Positions 29,313-38,605 of a stretch of DNA of 64,000 nucleotides are shown piece after piece. Under the pieces are notes generated by a model. That model ran no database searches. It was given only the letters and a program-made list of their open reading frames with translations, and was not told where the DNA came from. Source of the stretch: a virus; the IMG/VR virus record IMGVR_UViG_3300034272_001354, positions 1 through 64,000 of that record; one strand, written 5' to 3'. Numbering within the stretch: position 1 is the stretch's first letter; every line of letters starts with the position of its first letter. Made by a program: the position numbers and the translations under genes.

Positions 29313-31226
29313 ATGGCGTCATTAGATTTAGGTGTTGATTATAAAAAAATACAAGACAAGGTTACTGCTACCAGAAATTATAATGAGTTAAAAACTCAAT
29401 ATGATGATACTAGAAAACAAGCCGGTGAAGCTTTTGAACAGAAAAAAGCCGCTGTTACAGGTCAACTTGGTAAAATCAAGGAACAAACTAAACGTTATCA
29501 AAAAGAAATAAAAAATCAATTTGAACAACTTTTAGATTTAGCAAACACTACCGGAGGAAAAGGGAGCGGTTCTCCAAGTTATATTAAAAGATTATTAATC
29601 ACCGCTCTTAAAAATATTGAACCTAAACTTTCTCAAATAGCTTTAGAAGAATCAATAAACGCGGTTGGTTGTGACCAACAACAAGAATATAATGGTAGTT
29701 CTACATATTATATTAAAGTAAAATCAGTTGATTTATTAAATATTTTAACTTTAGACCCGAAAACTGAAGGTAAACCTTTATATGAAAAAGACCCAATATT
29801 AGTTCAGAATTATCCATTTTCAATGAATAAAGAATTATATCAATTGATTCAAACGGGTCAACCATATTCTGTGGATAATGGTCAAAATTACATAGGTCAA
29901 TCAGGTCAAGATTTATTTGATATCCAATACGTTAATTTAAACGCAAACAATGAAACCGGTCCTTGGTTTAAAGTTACATTATCAGATAGAGTTAATGGTG
30001 TTAATAAAGTTGGGACATTTCTAGTTGATTATTATAAAACAATTAAAATTACCGAACCAACCAATATGATAGCGTCAATAATGGAATCGTTAAGTGGTGC
30101 AGTATCAATGAGTGTTGGTGCCGGTGTAGGTCAAGTTGAAGACCAAAGTAAATTTGATATATTAATTCAACGAATTCTTGGATTATGTTTTGATAATAGA
30201 AGTGAAATTGATGTTAGCGGTATTGCTAAAGTACCTGAACTTGATGGTGTTGACGAAACGTTTTTTGAATTTACTGATATTGATTTAAGAAAAATAGACC
30301 AAAGAGTAACTAATATTAAAAATAAAGTAATAGAATTAGAAGAGTGTGATAATATATTATTACCTGTTGATTATCCGGCAGTTATCGCTCAAATTAATAA
30401 TTTAAATTTAATTGATAATAATAGTGACTTTATAAACGCTGCGGATAATTTAACTCAAGTATTAGCAGATAACCCTCAATGGGGTGCGGGTATTCAAACC
30501 AATGCTCAAGCGGCCCTAAATTTTAATTTTATTAAATTAATCGCTCAAGGTATTGCGGGAGCATTTTTAACACCTAAAATATTACTACCAATATACGTAA
30601 TGTTAAAAGCTATAGGTCAAGAAACAACCGACGCAATAAAAGGATTTGTTGATTTTGTAAAACAATTTAAAAAATTCGCAATAAATTTTATTTCTAAAAT
30701 AGGTGCATTATTTGTTCAAGAATTATTTGAATTAATTAAAAGAGATATTTTATTATTAATTCAAAGAGTTATAAGTGATATTGTTAAAGAAAAAATTGAT
30801 AAAAGAATTTCAATGATTTTAAAACTTATTCAGTTATTGTTAATTGTTGCTTCTTTTATAAGTGATTGGAGGAAGTGTAAAAGTGTCGTTGATGAATTAC
30901 TGGCCCTATTAGATTTAATAACAAGTAGTTTAGGTTTTGGTAGTCAAATCCCTTTACCATTATTATTCGCGTCACAACTATTAGACGGGTATTCCGAATC
31001 AAGAGCTTTTGTTGGGGCTATTGAAGAATTCCAAAAAAGCGGTATCCCAACGGGAGCATTACCTGATGGTAGTCCTAATTTAGATATTTTAGGTAAATTT
31101 GGACAAATGAAGGCTATGGCAAGAGAAGATTCCGATAATAATAAAGTTCAACTTGCTATCGGCCCATTAACTATAACTCCAGCCGGTTTAACAGTACCTT
31201 CGAGTGCTTTTGGTAAAAAATTATAA
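29313..31226 (+). CDS. Putative virion (baseplate/tail region) protein
   Basis: 637 aa; N-terminal coiled coil, hydrophobic C-terminal helices; precedes the spike gene. Confidence 0.55.
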   Translation: MASLDLGVDYKKIQDKVTATRNYNELKTQYDDTRKQAGEAFEQKKAAVTGQLGKIKEQTKRYQKEIKNQFEQLLDLANTTGGKGSGSPSYIKRLLITALKNIEPKLSQIALEESINAVGCDQQQEYNGSSTYYIKVKSVDLLNILTLDPKTEGKPLYEKDPILVQNYPFSMNKELYQLIQTGQPYSVDNGQNYIGQSGQDLFDIQYVNLNANNETGPWFKVTLSDRVNGVNKVGTFLVDYYKTIKITEPTNMIASIMESLSGAVSMSVGAGVGQVEDQSKFDILIQRILGLCFDNRSEIDVSGIAKVPELDGVDETFFEFTDIDLRKIDQRVTNIKNKVIELEECDNILLPVDYPAVIAQINNLNLIDNNSDFINAADNLTQVLADNPQWGAGIQTNAQAALNFNFIKLIAQGIAGAFLTPKILLPIYVMLKAIGQETTDAIKGFVDFVKQFKKFAINFISKIGALFVQELFELIKRDILLLIQRVISDIVKEKIDKRISMILKLIQLLLIVASFISDWRKCKSVVDELLALLDLITSSLGFGSQIPLPLLFASQLLDGYSESRAFVGAIEEFQKSGIPTGALPDGSPNLDILGKFGQMKAMAREDSDNNKVQLAIGPLTITPAGLTVPSSAFGKKL

Positions 31227-31228
31227 TT

Positions 31229-31450
31229 ATGAATAATATTGAGAAATCCGAAAAAACAAAAAATATAATTAAAGATTATAAAAATTCATCAAACAAAGAT
31301 TTATCGTTTGCTATGGATTTTATTCAAGAAGATTTTAAGTTAACTAAAGAATCATTAATAAATTTAACACATCATTTAGATAAATTAGAATTAACTTATA
31401 ATACAATATTAAAAGAGTATCAGTCAAGAACAAAGAAAAATGGTCAATAA
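31229..31450 (+). CDS. Hypothetical coiled-coil protein
   Basis: 73-aa ORF in operon. Confidence 0.65.
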   Translation: MNNIEKSEKTKNIIKDYKNSSNKDLSFAMDFIQEDFKLTKESLINLTHHLDKLELTYNTILKEYQSRTKKNGQ

Positions 31451-33005
31451 TCAAATAATTTTTCCCGGAATAGTACTTAACAATCAAGACCCTATGATGT
31501 TAGGGAGACTTCGTGTTATACCTGAAACTAAAAATTATCAAGATATTATTGCGTCAATTCCAGATTGGAATGAAGAAACTGACCCGTGGACATCAAGAGA
31601 CCCTTTAATTTGTTTATCATTATTACCTTTTTACGTTAGTCAAGTACCTCTTAAAGATGAATATGTTCATATAATTTATTCTAATAAAGATTTCCCATTT
31701 ACTAATCAATTTTATGTTCAAGGGCCTTTTTCATCTCCAATGATAAGTCCATTTGAGAATTATCAAGGGGCTAAAAAATTCTTAGCATCAGGTGATAGAA
31801 TTGCTCAAGGTATCTCAATTAAAAACCAAGTAGGTGCTTATAGAAATCAAGGTAGTGTAGGAGTATTTCCTGAACCAGGTGACAATGCGTTGTTAGGTAG
31901 AGGAACTGCTGATGTGGTTGTTAAAGAAAATGAAGTATTAATAAGAGCCGGTAAAACTAAACGATTAGTAAAAGACCAACTACCTTTAGGTAATGTTAAT
32001 AGAGCGTTTCTTCAATTATCTAATTTTACACAACAAAAAATAACTAAAGACCCTGAAGGTGTAACAAGATTAGTTGAACAGGTAAAAGTTGTTAAAAAAA
32101 TGATTATATGGAACATTGATAATTTAGAAAATCTTCAAGGAGCGTTTAATGGTTCTGTTGGTTTATATAATGTGGTTCCAAGTGTTAGTGTAAATAGTGC
32201 AAATTTTAAATCAGATACTATTACACAGTTGTCCGTTGGAACAAATTATGGGTCACCATTAGAGGAAATTAAATTTAATCAAAAAACATTTGATGAAGCA
32301 TCTAGTATAATTAATAACTTTGTACAAGGTGTGTTTAGTGGTTTTATAAATATATCAGGTTATACTGTTAATAACCCCCAAAATTTTGCGCCAAACGTAA
32401 CATTCCCATTAGTCGTTACCCCTTCAAAATTAACATATACAACCGGTAATAAATTTTCACCTAACGACCTTGTTAGTGAAGTTGCGGAATATGTTAATTA
32501 TGTAAGATTTTCTGATAAAATAACATTAGACCCTGCAAGTAAAAAATACAAAGGATGGTTTTTAGTTTGGGAAAACAAATCAGGTAAACCAATTCTTGGT
32601 CCACAAGCCGATTTAAAAGAAGAAATAGTTATACCAACAGAGTTTATTCCTTCAGATATTACTTATAGTATTATGGGGTCTCAACGTATGTATTTCTTAT
32701 CACAAGATTCCGCAGGGCCTAAAGGAAAAATTAGTTTAAGTCAAACTTTATATGGAATACCTCAAGATAAATTTATTGGAGATGAAAATAGTATTCTTAA
32801 TCAAACATACCCTGTTGTTAGAGGAGATGAATTAATGGCGTTACTTAGAAAAATATTTTCATTTGTTACAGGACACGTTCATCCGGTGGCCACAATGGCA
32901 CCTGTTCCGGTCGCAGCGGGTAACGGACAAACAACCGCAGAAATCAATGCAATCCTTGCAGATGCAGAAAATACCATCTTAAATCAAAATATTAGAATTA
33001 ATTGA
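31440..33005 (+). CDS. Baseplate central spike/hub (gp5/gpV-like)
   Basis: [19 protein letters not shown]-fold start; C-terminal VRGDEL...HVHP metal-binding tip motif. Confidence 0.75.
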   Translation: MVNNQIIFPGIVLNNQDPMMLGRLRVIPETKNYQDIIASIPDWNEETDPWTSRDPLICLSLLPFYVSQVPLKDEYVHIIYSNKDFPFTNQFYVQGPFSSPMISPFENYQGAKKFLASGDRIAQGISIKNQVGAYRNQGSVGVFPEPGDNALLGRGTADVVVKENEVLIRAGKTKRLVKDQLPLGNVNRAFLQLSNFTQQKITKDPEGVTRLVEQVKVVKKMIIWNIDNLENLQGAFNGSVGLYNVVPSVSVNSANFKSDTITQLSVGTNYGSPLEEIKFNQKTFDEASSIINNFVQGVFSGFINISGYTVNNPQNFAPNVTFPLVVTPSKLTYTTGNKFSPNDLVSEVAEYVNYVRFSDKITLDPASKKYKGWFLVWENKSGKPILGPQADLKEEIVIPTEFIPSDITYSIMGSQRMYFLSQDSAGPKGKISLSQTLYGIPQDKFIGDENSILNQTYPVVRGDELMALLRKIFSFVTGHVHPVATMAPVPVAAGNGQTTAEINAILADAENTILNQNIRIN

Positions 33006-33027
33006 TATTTATATGTAAAACATATTC

Positions 33028-34506
33028 ATGTCAATAATTAATTCATATTTCAGCAAGAACAATACCCTTATATCAAATAGCTTTACCAATACAGGTAGAA
33101 ACCCTGTAATGGAACTATTTTATGGTAATGTTGCCACAACTCAATACCCAAATAACTATAGCCGTTTTATTTTTGATTTAGATTTAACTTTATTAAAACA
33201 ACTAATTTTTAACGGAACTATAACTACAGGGTGTACAGATAATATGACGCATACTTTAAGAATGACAAATACGTCTACTTTTGATGCCGAACTATTAAAC
33301 ACACTCACGTCTCAAATGAGAATGAGAGCCACTTCATTTGATTTAATCTTATTTAGAATCCCTTATTTAAATAATAATCCGTCAACACCTCAACTTTGGG
33401 ATGAAGGTGTTGGGTATGATTTTGCGGATTTAATTTATCAATATAGTGAATCAGATAAAAACTTTTCAAATAGACCATCAAATTGGTATCAAACAACAAC
33501 TATTGGTGTTTGGCAACAACAGGGAATTTATAATAATAAAAATTTAGGTCCTGTTCCTTTTAGTGGAATTACCATTGTGGATACACAACATTTTGAATTT
33601 GGTAACGAAAATATTGCTTTCGATATGACGGCAGAAATTAATGGTGTATTAAATGGTTCAATACCAAATGTATCAGGGTGGGGAATTGCATATAAACCTC
33701 AAGTTGAAAATCTTACAGGTCTTACCGATAACTATGAAGTTCAATTTTTTACTCGTCATACTCAAACATTCTACGAACCATATCTTGAAACAAGTTACAA
33801 TGATTTAATTGAAGACGATAGAAATCAATTTACTTTAGGTAAAGTTAACAAATTATATTTATACCTATTTGATAATGGTAACCCAATAAATTTAGATTAC
33901 CCCCCAAATGTTGATATATTAGATATGATGGGTGATGTTATTCCGGGATTATCCGGATTAACAACGTGTCAAAGAACTAGAGGTGTTTATGAGGTTGTTA
34001 TCCCACCTCTTATGGGATATCAAACTCCTTGTACATTTTCAGATAGATGGTACAACTTAAGTTATAACAACTTTCCACTTCCACAGGTATTAAATGATTT
34101 TACATTACAACCATTTAAAAATGCAATTCAAATTGGTGTTGTATCCGCAAACCCATTATTATACGGATTTGATTTTTACGGATTAAAACAAGATGAACAA
34201 ATTGTAAATACGGATACTCGTAAAGTAGGTGTAATTATTAAACAAGCTTATACAACCCAAAATTTATTATTAAACGTGGATGCGTCATATAGAATTTATG
34301 TTAAAGAGGGGACAACTGAAGTACAAGTTCAAGGGTGGACAAAAATTAATAGAACACCTAACGAATACTATTTTATATTTGATAGTAGAGACAAAATACC
34401 AAATGAATATTTCATTGATATACAAGTAATTAGTAGCGGTGAAATAAACACATATAAACGACAAATTAAATTTCAAGTGGTAAATACAAAATATTTACAA
34501 TTATAA
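33028..34506 (+). CDS. Putative virion structural protein
   Basis: 492-aa beta-rich ORF after TATTTAT; SRFIFD, WDEGVG motifs. Confidence 0.6.
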   Translation: MSIINSYFSKNNTLISNSFTNTGRNPVMELFYGNVATTQYPNNYSRFIFDLDLTLLKQLIFNGTITTGCTDNMTHTLRMTNTSTFDAELLNTLTSQMRMRATSFDLILFRIPYLNNNPSTPQLWDEGVGYDFADLIYQYSESDKNFSNRPSNWYQTTTIGVWQQQGIYNNKNLGPVPFSGITIVDTQHFEFGNENIAFDMTAEINGVLNGSIPNVSGWGIAYKPQVENLTGLTDNYEVQFFTRHTQTFYEPYLETSYNDLIEDDRNQFTLGKVNKLYLYLFDNGNPINLDYPPNVDILDMMGDVIPGLSGLTTCQRTRGVYEVVIPPLMGYQTPCTFSDRWYNLSYNNFPLPQVLNDFTLQPFKNAIQIGVVSANPLLYGFDFYGLKQDEQIVNTDTRKVGVIIKQAYTTQNLLLNVDASYRIYVKEGTTEVQVQGWTKINRTPNEYYFIFDSRDKIPNEYFIDIQVISSGEINTYKRQIKFQVVNTKYLQL

Positions 34507-34529
34507 GATATTTATAAATAAAAAAAATT

Positions 34530-34907
34530 ATGGGATATAATGTTAATGTAACCGCAACAACTTGTGAAGGAATATCACAATTAATTATTTTACCGGGTGA
34601 TGTAGAATTTGACGAAAGTAAAATTTATCAATTACCTACCGGACAATGTGTATCGTTAACTTCAGGAGATACTGTTGGATTTTACGCAAATTCAATGATA
34701 ATTGCGGGGCCATTTGACACCTGTGACGAATGTGCTGAACCAACTATAGCTAATGATGGTGGTAATGGTGGATTAGTTTGTCAAGATAATTGTAGTGGAG
34801 GAACATTTACTATTGTCCCACCACACCCTGTTTATACTAATGGACAAAATCAAGCTATCGTACAATTAAACGCAATCACAATTGGTGGTAATGGATTAAA
34901 CTCATAA
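34530..34907 (+). CDS. Small Cys-containing virion-type protein
   Basis: GPFDTCDEC, PHPVYT. Confidence 0.6.
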   Translation: MGYNVNVTATTCEGISQLIILPGDVEFDESKIYQLPTGQCVSLTSGDTVGFYANSMIIAGPFDTCDECAEPTIANDGGNGGLVCQDNCSGGTFTIVPPHPVYTNGQNQAIVQLNAITIGGNGLNS

Positions 34908-34911
34908 TAAT

Positions 34912-35589
34912 ATGAAAAGAGTAGTTAAATTATCAGAATCTAAATTAACTGAATTAGTTAAACGAATTATGTCTGAACAAGATAGTGAAAGATATATGTT
35001 TTTTAGTAATTTAGAACAAATTCATAGACAAACAGGTTTATTATTAGAATTAAATAAAAACACTGTTGAAGGTATTTTAGATGGTGGACACGATTGGGCT
35101 CAAGACCACGTATCAACCGCAAAAGAAAGCCTTGACCAAGTTTTTGATTTTATGATGAATGAAACTAAAAATGAAGACAATATAACTGTTTTAGAACAAG
35201 ATTATTCTTCAGACACTGAAAGACCTACAAGTGACAGAGAACGTCAAGTAAAGTCCTTATTTGGTGATAAATATGGACAGTATATTCCTAACGATGTTAT
35301 TAGATATATAAGAAAGAGTCCTGCTCAATTCATTAAGAAAATCTATCAAATGTACGGAGACAAGGTTTATGATTATCTTGATAAAGCAAAAAGTCAAAGT
35401 AATGATGAGGTAGTTTCTGAAGGTAAAAAGAAACCCGGTACTAAATTATGTGCTCGTGGTAAAGCGGCTGCTAAATCAAAATTTAAAGTTTATCCTTCAG
35501 CTTATTCAAACGGCTTTGCGGTTCAAGTTTGTAAAGGAACTAAAGCAGGGTTAGACGGTCAAAAGAGGTGTTCATCACCATATTGTTAA
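34912..35589 (+). CDS. Leader-bearing multi-module protein (putative internal head protein)
   Basis: MKRVVKLSESKLTELVKRIMSEQ leader; C-terminal AKSKFKVYPSAYSN module. Confidence 0.65.
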   Translation: MKRVVKLSESKLTELVKRIMSEQDSERYMFFSNLEQIHRQTGLLLELNKNTVEGILDGGHDWAQDHVSTAKESLDQVFDFMMNETKNEDNITVLEQDYSSDTERPTSDRERQVKSLFGDKYGQYIPNDVIRYIRKSPAQFIKKIYQMYGDKVYDYLDKAKSQSNDEVVSEGKKKPGTKLCARGKAAAKSKFKVYPSAYSNGFAVQVCKGTKAGLDGQKRCSSPYC

Positions 35590-35593
35590 AAAT

Positions 35594-35620
35594 AAAAAAC
35601 CCCCATTAATTGGGGGTTTT
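35594..35620 (+). terminator. Intrinsic terminator
   Basis: AAAACCCCCA-TTAAT-TGGGGGTTTT. Confidence 0.75.
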
Positions 35621-35670
35621 ATTTTATAAATAATATTTCTTATTATTTTTGGTTATTTAAAAAATTTGTG

Positions 35671-35678
35671 TATCTTTG
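35671..35678 (+). promoter_or_regulatory. Bacteroidota-type -7 promoter box
   Basis: TATCTTTG (TAnnTTTG) with upstream TTTG. Confidence 0.65.
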
Positions 35679-35697
35679 TCGTGTTAAAATTATTAAG

Positions 35698-36141
35698 ATG
35701 ATAAAATACATAAAACGAAAATTAAAACGTAGAGCAGTTAGAAAAAAATTATTGCAGTTCCAAATAATTTATGATGTTGTTGACGCGGGTAAGTTAGCAG
35801 ACATGAACGATTGTATGTTTATTTTTCGTAATACATTAAAACATCCAAGTTCTATCTATGAAATTGCTCCACTATCTTCACATAGAATTATCGAAAATAA
35901 AAAATTGGGAGTGTTTGTAGTATTAGATGATAAAAAAATAACAATCATTAATCACGTTTGTTATTATAGTAATATTTCCATGACCGATAGAGATTGGAAT
36001 AAAATGGTTAGAATGTTCGATAATAGAGTTCAAGAAAATCGTATGAGAAGAATTGAACAAATGAAATCTCAAGTAGAACATTCATTATCAAAGTTAAAGA
36101 ATAAAATCTTACTTAAATCAAAAACCCCTACTATCGAGTAA
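35698..36141 (+). CDS. Hypothetical basic protein
   Basis: ATG at 35698 downstream of the -7 box. Confidence 0.7.
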   Translation: MIKYIKRKLKRRAVRKKLLQFQIIYDVVDAGKLADMNDCMFIFRNTLKHPSSIYEIAPLSSHRIIENKKLGVFVVLDDKKITIINHVCYYSNISMTDRDWNKMVRMFDNRVQENRMRRIEQMKSQVEHSLSKLKNKILLKSKTPTIE

Positions 36142-36151
36142 GGGGTTTTTT
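36120..36151. terminator. Bidirectional terminator
   Basis: AAAAACCCC...GGGGTTTTTT between convergent genes. Confidence 0.65.
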
Positions 36152-36832
36152 AAATTCTTCTTTTAATACCTTTTTAATTATATTTCTTAATGATTCATTT
36201 TTTGAAGGGGTTTTTAGTCCATTTGGGACAACATCTTCTATAAGGGTGTCTTTGGTTATCTCAACCCATTCATTAACCGTATTTACATCGTATGTATCAA
36301 TGTGGTATGTACCATCCACACCTTTTTCCCACATACCAACAACGGTGTCTCTATTACCTTTTAATGTTTTACTTTTACTCTTATTATTAAATTCAGATTC
36401 AAGGGTATTTACAAATGGGTCTAATTCAGATTTAATCCATTTTCTCAAACCTAATTCAATAGGACCATTGTATTCTCCGGCACTAACGGTCGTTGTATTT
36501 TCATCAATAGGAACAATTTTCTTACCTTTACCAGGAGTTTGATTTAATACCCCACCTTCTTCATCATTCTGCTCCGGATGTTTTTTTACGTATTTGGCAA
36601 TTTTTCTTGATTCTTTCTCTATTTTAGATATTTTAGATTTTGGAGTACTCATCTCACCATCATAACTATCAAACGCTAATTCAGCACTATCATATTTTGA
36701 TGTAGGTACAGTAAATGGTTGTAGTTGCTCTTTATTGAACAATCTAACTCCCGGGCTCAAAGGAACTCTTACTTGTCCCGAGCCACGATGACCGGTTGCC
36801 TCTTTAATTTGATTTTTGTTATTTTTATTCAT
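36131..36832 (-). CDS. Hypothetical late protein with internal duplication
   Basis: ATG at 36832 after TATTTAT; two related ~33-aa modules. Confidence 0.7.
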   Translation of the reverse strand: MNKNNKNQIKEATGHRGSGQVRVPLSPGVRLFNKEQLQPFTVPTSKYDSAELAFDSYDGEMSTPKSKISKIEKESRKIAKYVKKHPEQNDEEGGVLNQTPGKGKKIVPIDENTTTVSAGEYNGPIELGLRKWIKSELDPFVNTLESEFNNKSKSKTLKGNRDTVVGMWEKGVDGTYHIDTYDVNTVNEWVEITKDTLIEDVVPNGLKTPSKNESLRNIIKKVLKEEFKKPLTR

Positions 36833-36860
36833 ATACTTATAAATATACAAAATTTTAATT

Positions 36861-37091
36861 ATGGAACAACAACAAGAACTATTCGGAAAATTATTTAATA
36901 CAATCCCATTGTACAACGAAGACCATTTAGATGTCCTACTATCAACAATGGATAAAGAACAATCAATCTATATCCTAACACAAGCAGTTAGTTTTGCATT
37001 TCATTCAGGGATATTTTCATTGGGGGAATCTGAAATCATCTCAAAATCAATTAGAACTTTAAATAAAGTTGAAAAAAATGTTGTAGAGTAA
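36861..37091 (+). CDS. Hypothetical protein
   Basis: 76-aa ORF. Confidence 0.7.
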   Translation: MEQQQELFGKLFNTIPLYNEDHLDVLLSTMDKEQSIYILTQAVSFAFHSGIFSLGESEIISKSIRTLNKVEKNVVE

Positions 37092-37102
37092 AAAATAATA
37101 AT

Positions 37103-37110
37103 TACATTTG
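37103..37110 (+). promoter_or_regulatory. Bacteroidota-type -7 box
   Basis: TACATTTG with TTG about 22 nt upstream. Confidence 0.5.
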
Positions 37111-37127
37111 TAAAAAATATTTATATT

Positions 37128-37382
37128 ATGAAAAAATTATTAATTATCTTGTTATTATTAGTTAGTGGTTTGTCGTTTTCTCAAGAAAAGAAAAAAGTTT
37201 CAACCAAAAAAATAGACCAAACCGTTACTCAAAAAATGGACTCCTTATCTAAAGTTTATAAAGTAAAAGTTATTGGCTCATATAAAATAACCCATAACGA
37301 TGTTTATGTTGAAGGAATTGTTTATGAAGACAAATCAGGAAATGTCCACGATAAAGAAACTAAAAGAATTAAAATTAATTAA
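37128..37382 (+). CDS. Small secreted protein (Sec/SPI signal peptide)
   Basis: MKKLLIILLLLVSGLSFS|Q. Confidence 0.75.
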   Translation: MKKLLIILLLLVSGLSFSQEKKKVSTKKIDQTVTQKMDSLSKVYKVKVIGSYKITHNDVYVEGIVYEDKSGNVHDKETKRIKIN

Positions 37383-37392
37383 AAAAGGGTGA

Positions 37393-38523
37393 TTAAATAC
37401 AACCTCCCTCTATTTTAAATCCTGTTGACCCCATTCCAGGACCCCCAATAGGTGCATAAACAAAAAATAAATTATTACCTTTACTAGTATCATATACTAA
37501 TTCATATGGTGTAGTTCTTTTTTCATAAAGTACGAACTCTCTAACACCATTATTATATTGCTCTAATAAATTAACGAATCCTAAAGAAACTTCACCAGTA
37601 CCTGTATTAGCTTGTAATATTGACTTTAATTTTTTCAAATCATTTTTGTTAATTAAATCTAATGAAATATTTTTTAATTTTTCGTTTTTAAAAATCAATG
37701 AAACTAATTCATCTATTGATGAAACATTTTTAGTAATTATTTTACTACCACTAACTGCAGGGGATTTTTGGTTATATATTTTAGTTAAACTATCAACCCA
37801 CGCAGGTATATAATTTATTATATCATCCAAATATAATTCTGTAGATACATATCCGGTGTCTAATGTTATTTGTTTTTGAGTATCAGTAACAATTAATCTA
37901 TCAGGCATTGTTCCCGTATCAAAACTCAATTTACCTTTATCATTTAAGTCATTTTGATATTTTGAAGGTAAAATTGCAATATAATTATTCGATTTAGAAC
38001 CTTGAACTCCTTCATAGTCAATGTTAAAGTTACACTTCTCAGTAGATTTTTCTGCGGATAAATTTAAAGTTACATATTGATATTTTGTATAGTCAGGGTG
38101 TTTAGAACCTTTGGTTTCATCCCACTCAGGACCTTGAGCTCCTAAATTATTAATTTTAATAGATATTTTATCACCTAATTTTGATTTTATATATTTTTCA
38201 ACTTCCGAAGCTCTTAATTTGGATAAATCTCCTGAGTTTAACCCTACACCTTCATTTGGAACTTTCGATTCTGATGAATTAATCACGATAGTGTTAAATG
38301 AACCTTTACCGGATTTTAAATAATCATTAATTTGTTTTATTGCATTATCAATTTCAGTAGTATTATTTAACTCATATTCACCACTAGGAAACGAATTTGA
38401 AATATTAAATTTTATAGGTTCTGTAATATCTTCTTTAATTAAATAAAGTTTTTTAGTAGCACTTTCATGAAGTCCTAAAATTCTATTTTTTTCTTCACTT
38501 GAAATTTCAAATAAATTTTTCAT
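37393..38523 (-). CDS. Leader-bearing protein with OmpA_C-like domain
   Basis: ATG at 38523, MKNLFEISSEEKNRILGLHES; FPSGEYEL...SSESKVPN...LSKLRASEVEKYI. Confidence 0.6.
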   Translation of the reverse strand: MKNLFEISSEEKNRILGLHESATKKLYLIKEDITEPIKFNISNSFPSGEYELNNTTEIDNAIKQINDYLKSGKGSFNTIVINSSESKVPNEGVGLNSGDLSKLRASEVEKYIKSKLGDKISIKINNLGAQGPEWDETKGSKHPDYTKYQYVTLNLSAEKSTEKCNFNIDYEGVQGSKSNNYIAILPSKYQNDLNDKGKLSFDTGTMPDRLIVTDTQKQITLDTGYVSTELYLDDIINYIPAWVDSLTKIYNQKSPAVSGSKIITKNVSSIDELVSLIFKNEKLKNISLDLINKNDLKKLKSILQANTGTGEVSLGFVNLLEQYNNGVREFVLYEKRTTPYELVYDTSKGNNLFFVYAPIGGPGMGSTGFKIEGGCI

Positions 38524-38551
38524 AATTTTTCTTTTAATATAAATATAAGAT

Positions 38552-38585
38552 AAAAAAAAAGAGGACAAATATTTGTCCTCTTTTT
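38552..38585 (-). terminator. Terminator after MCP
   Basis: AAAAAGAGGACAAAT/ATTTGTCCTCTTTTT inverted repeat. Confidence 0.85.
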
Positions 38586-38605
38586 GGTATATCATAAGAT
38601 ATTGA

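Noticed and set aside
4621-35721. Two ORFs both starting MIKYIKRK (4644 minus, 35698 plus)
   Set aside because: No similarity beyond 8 low-complexity, AT-codon residues; likely chance
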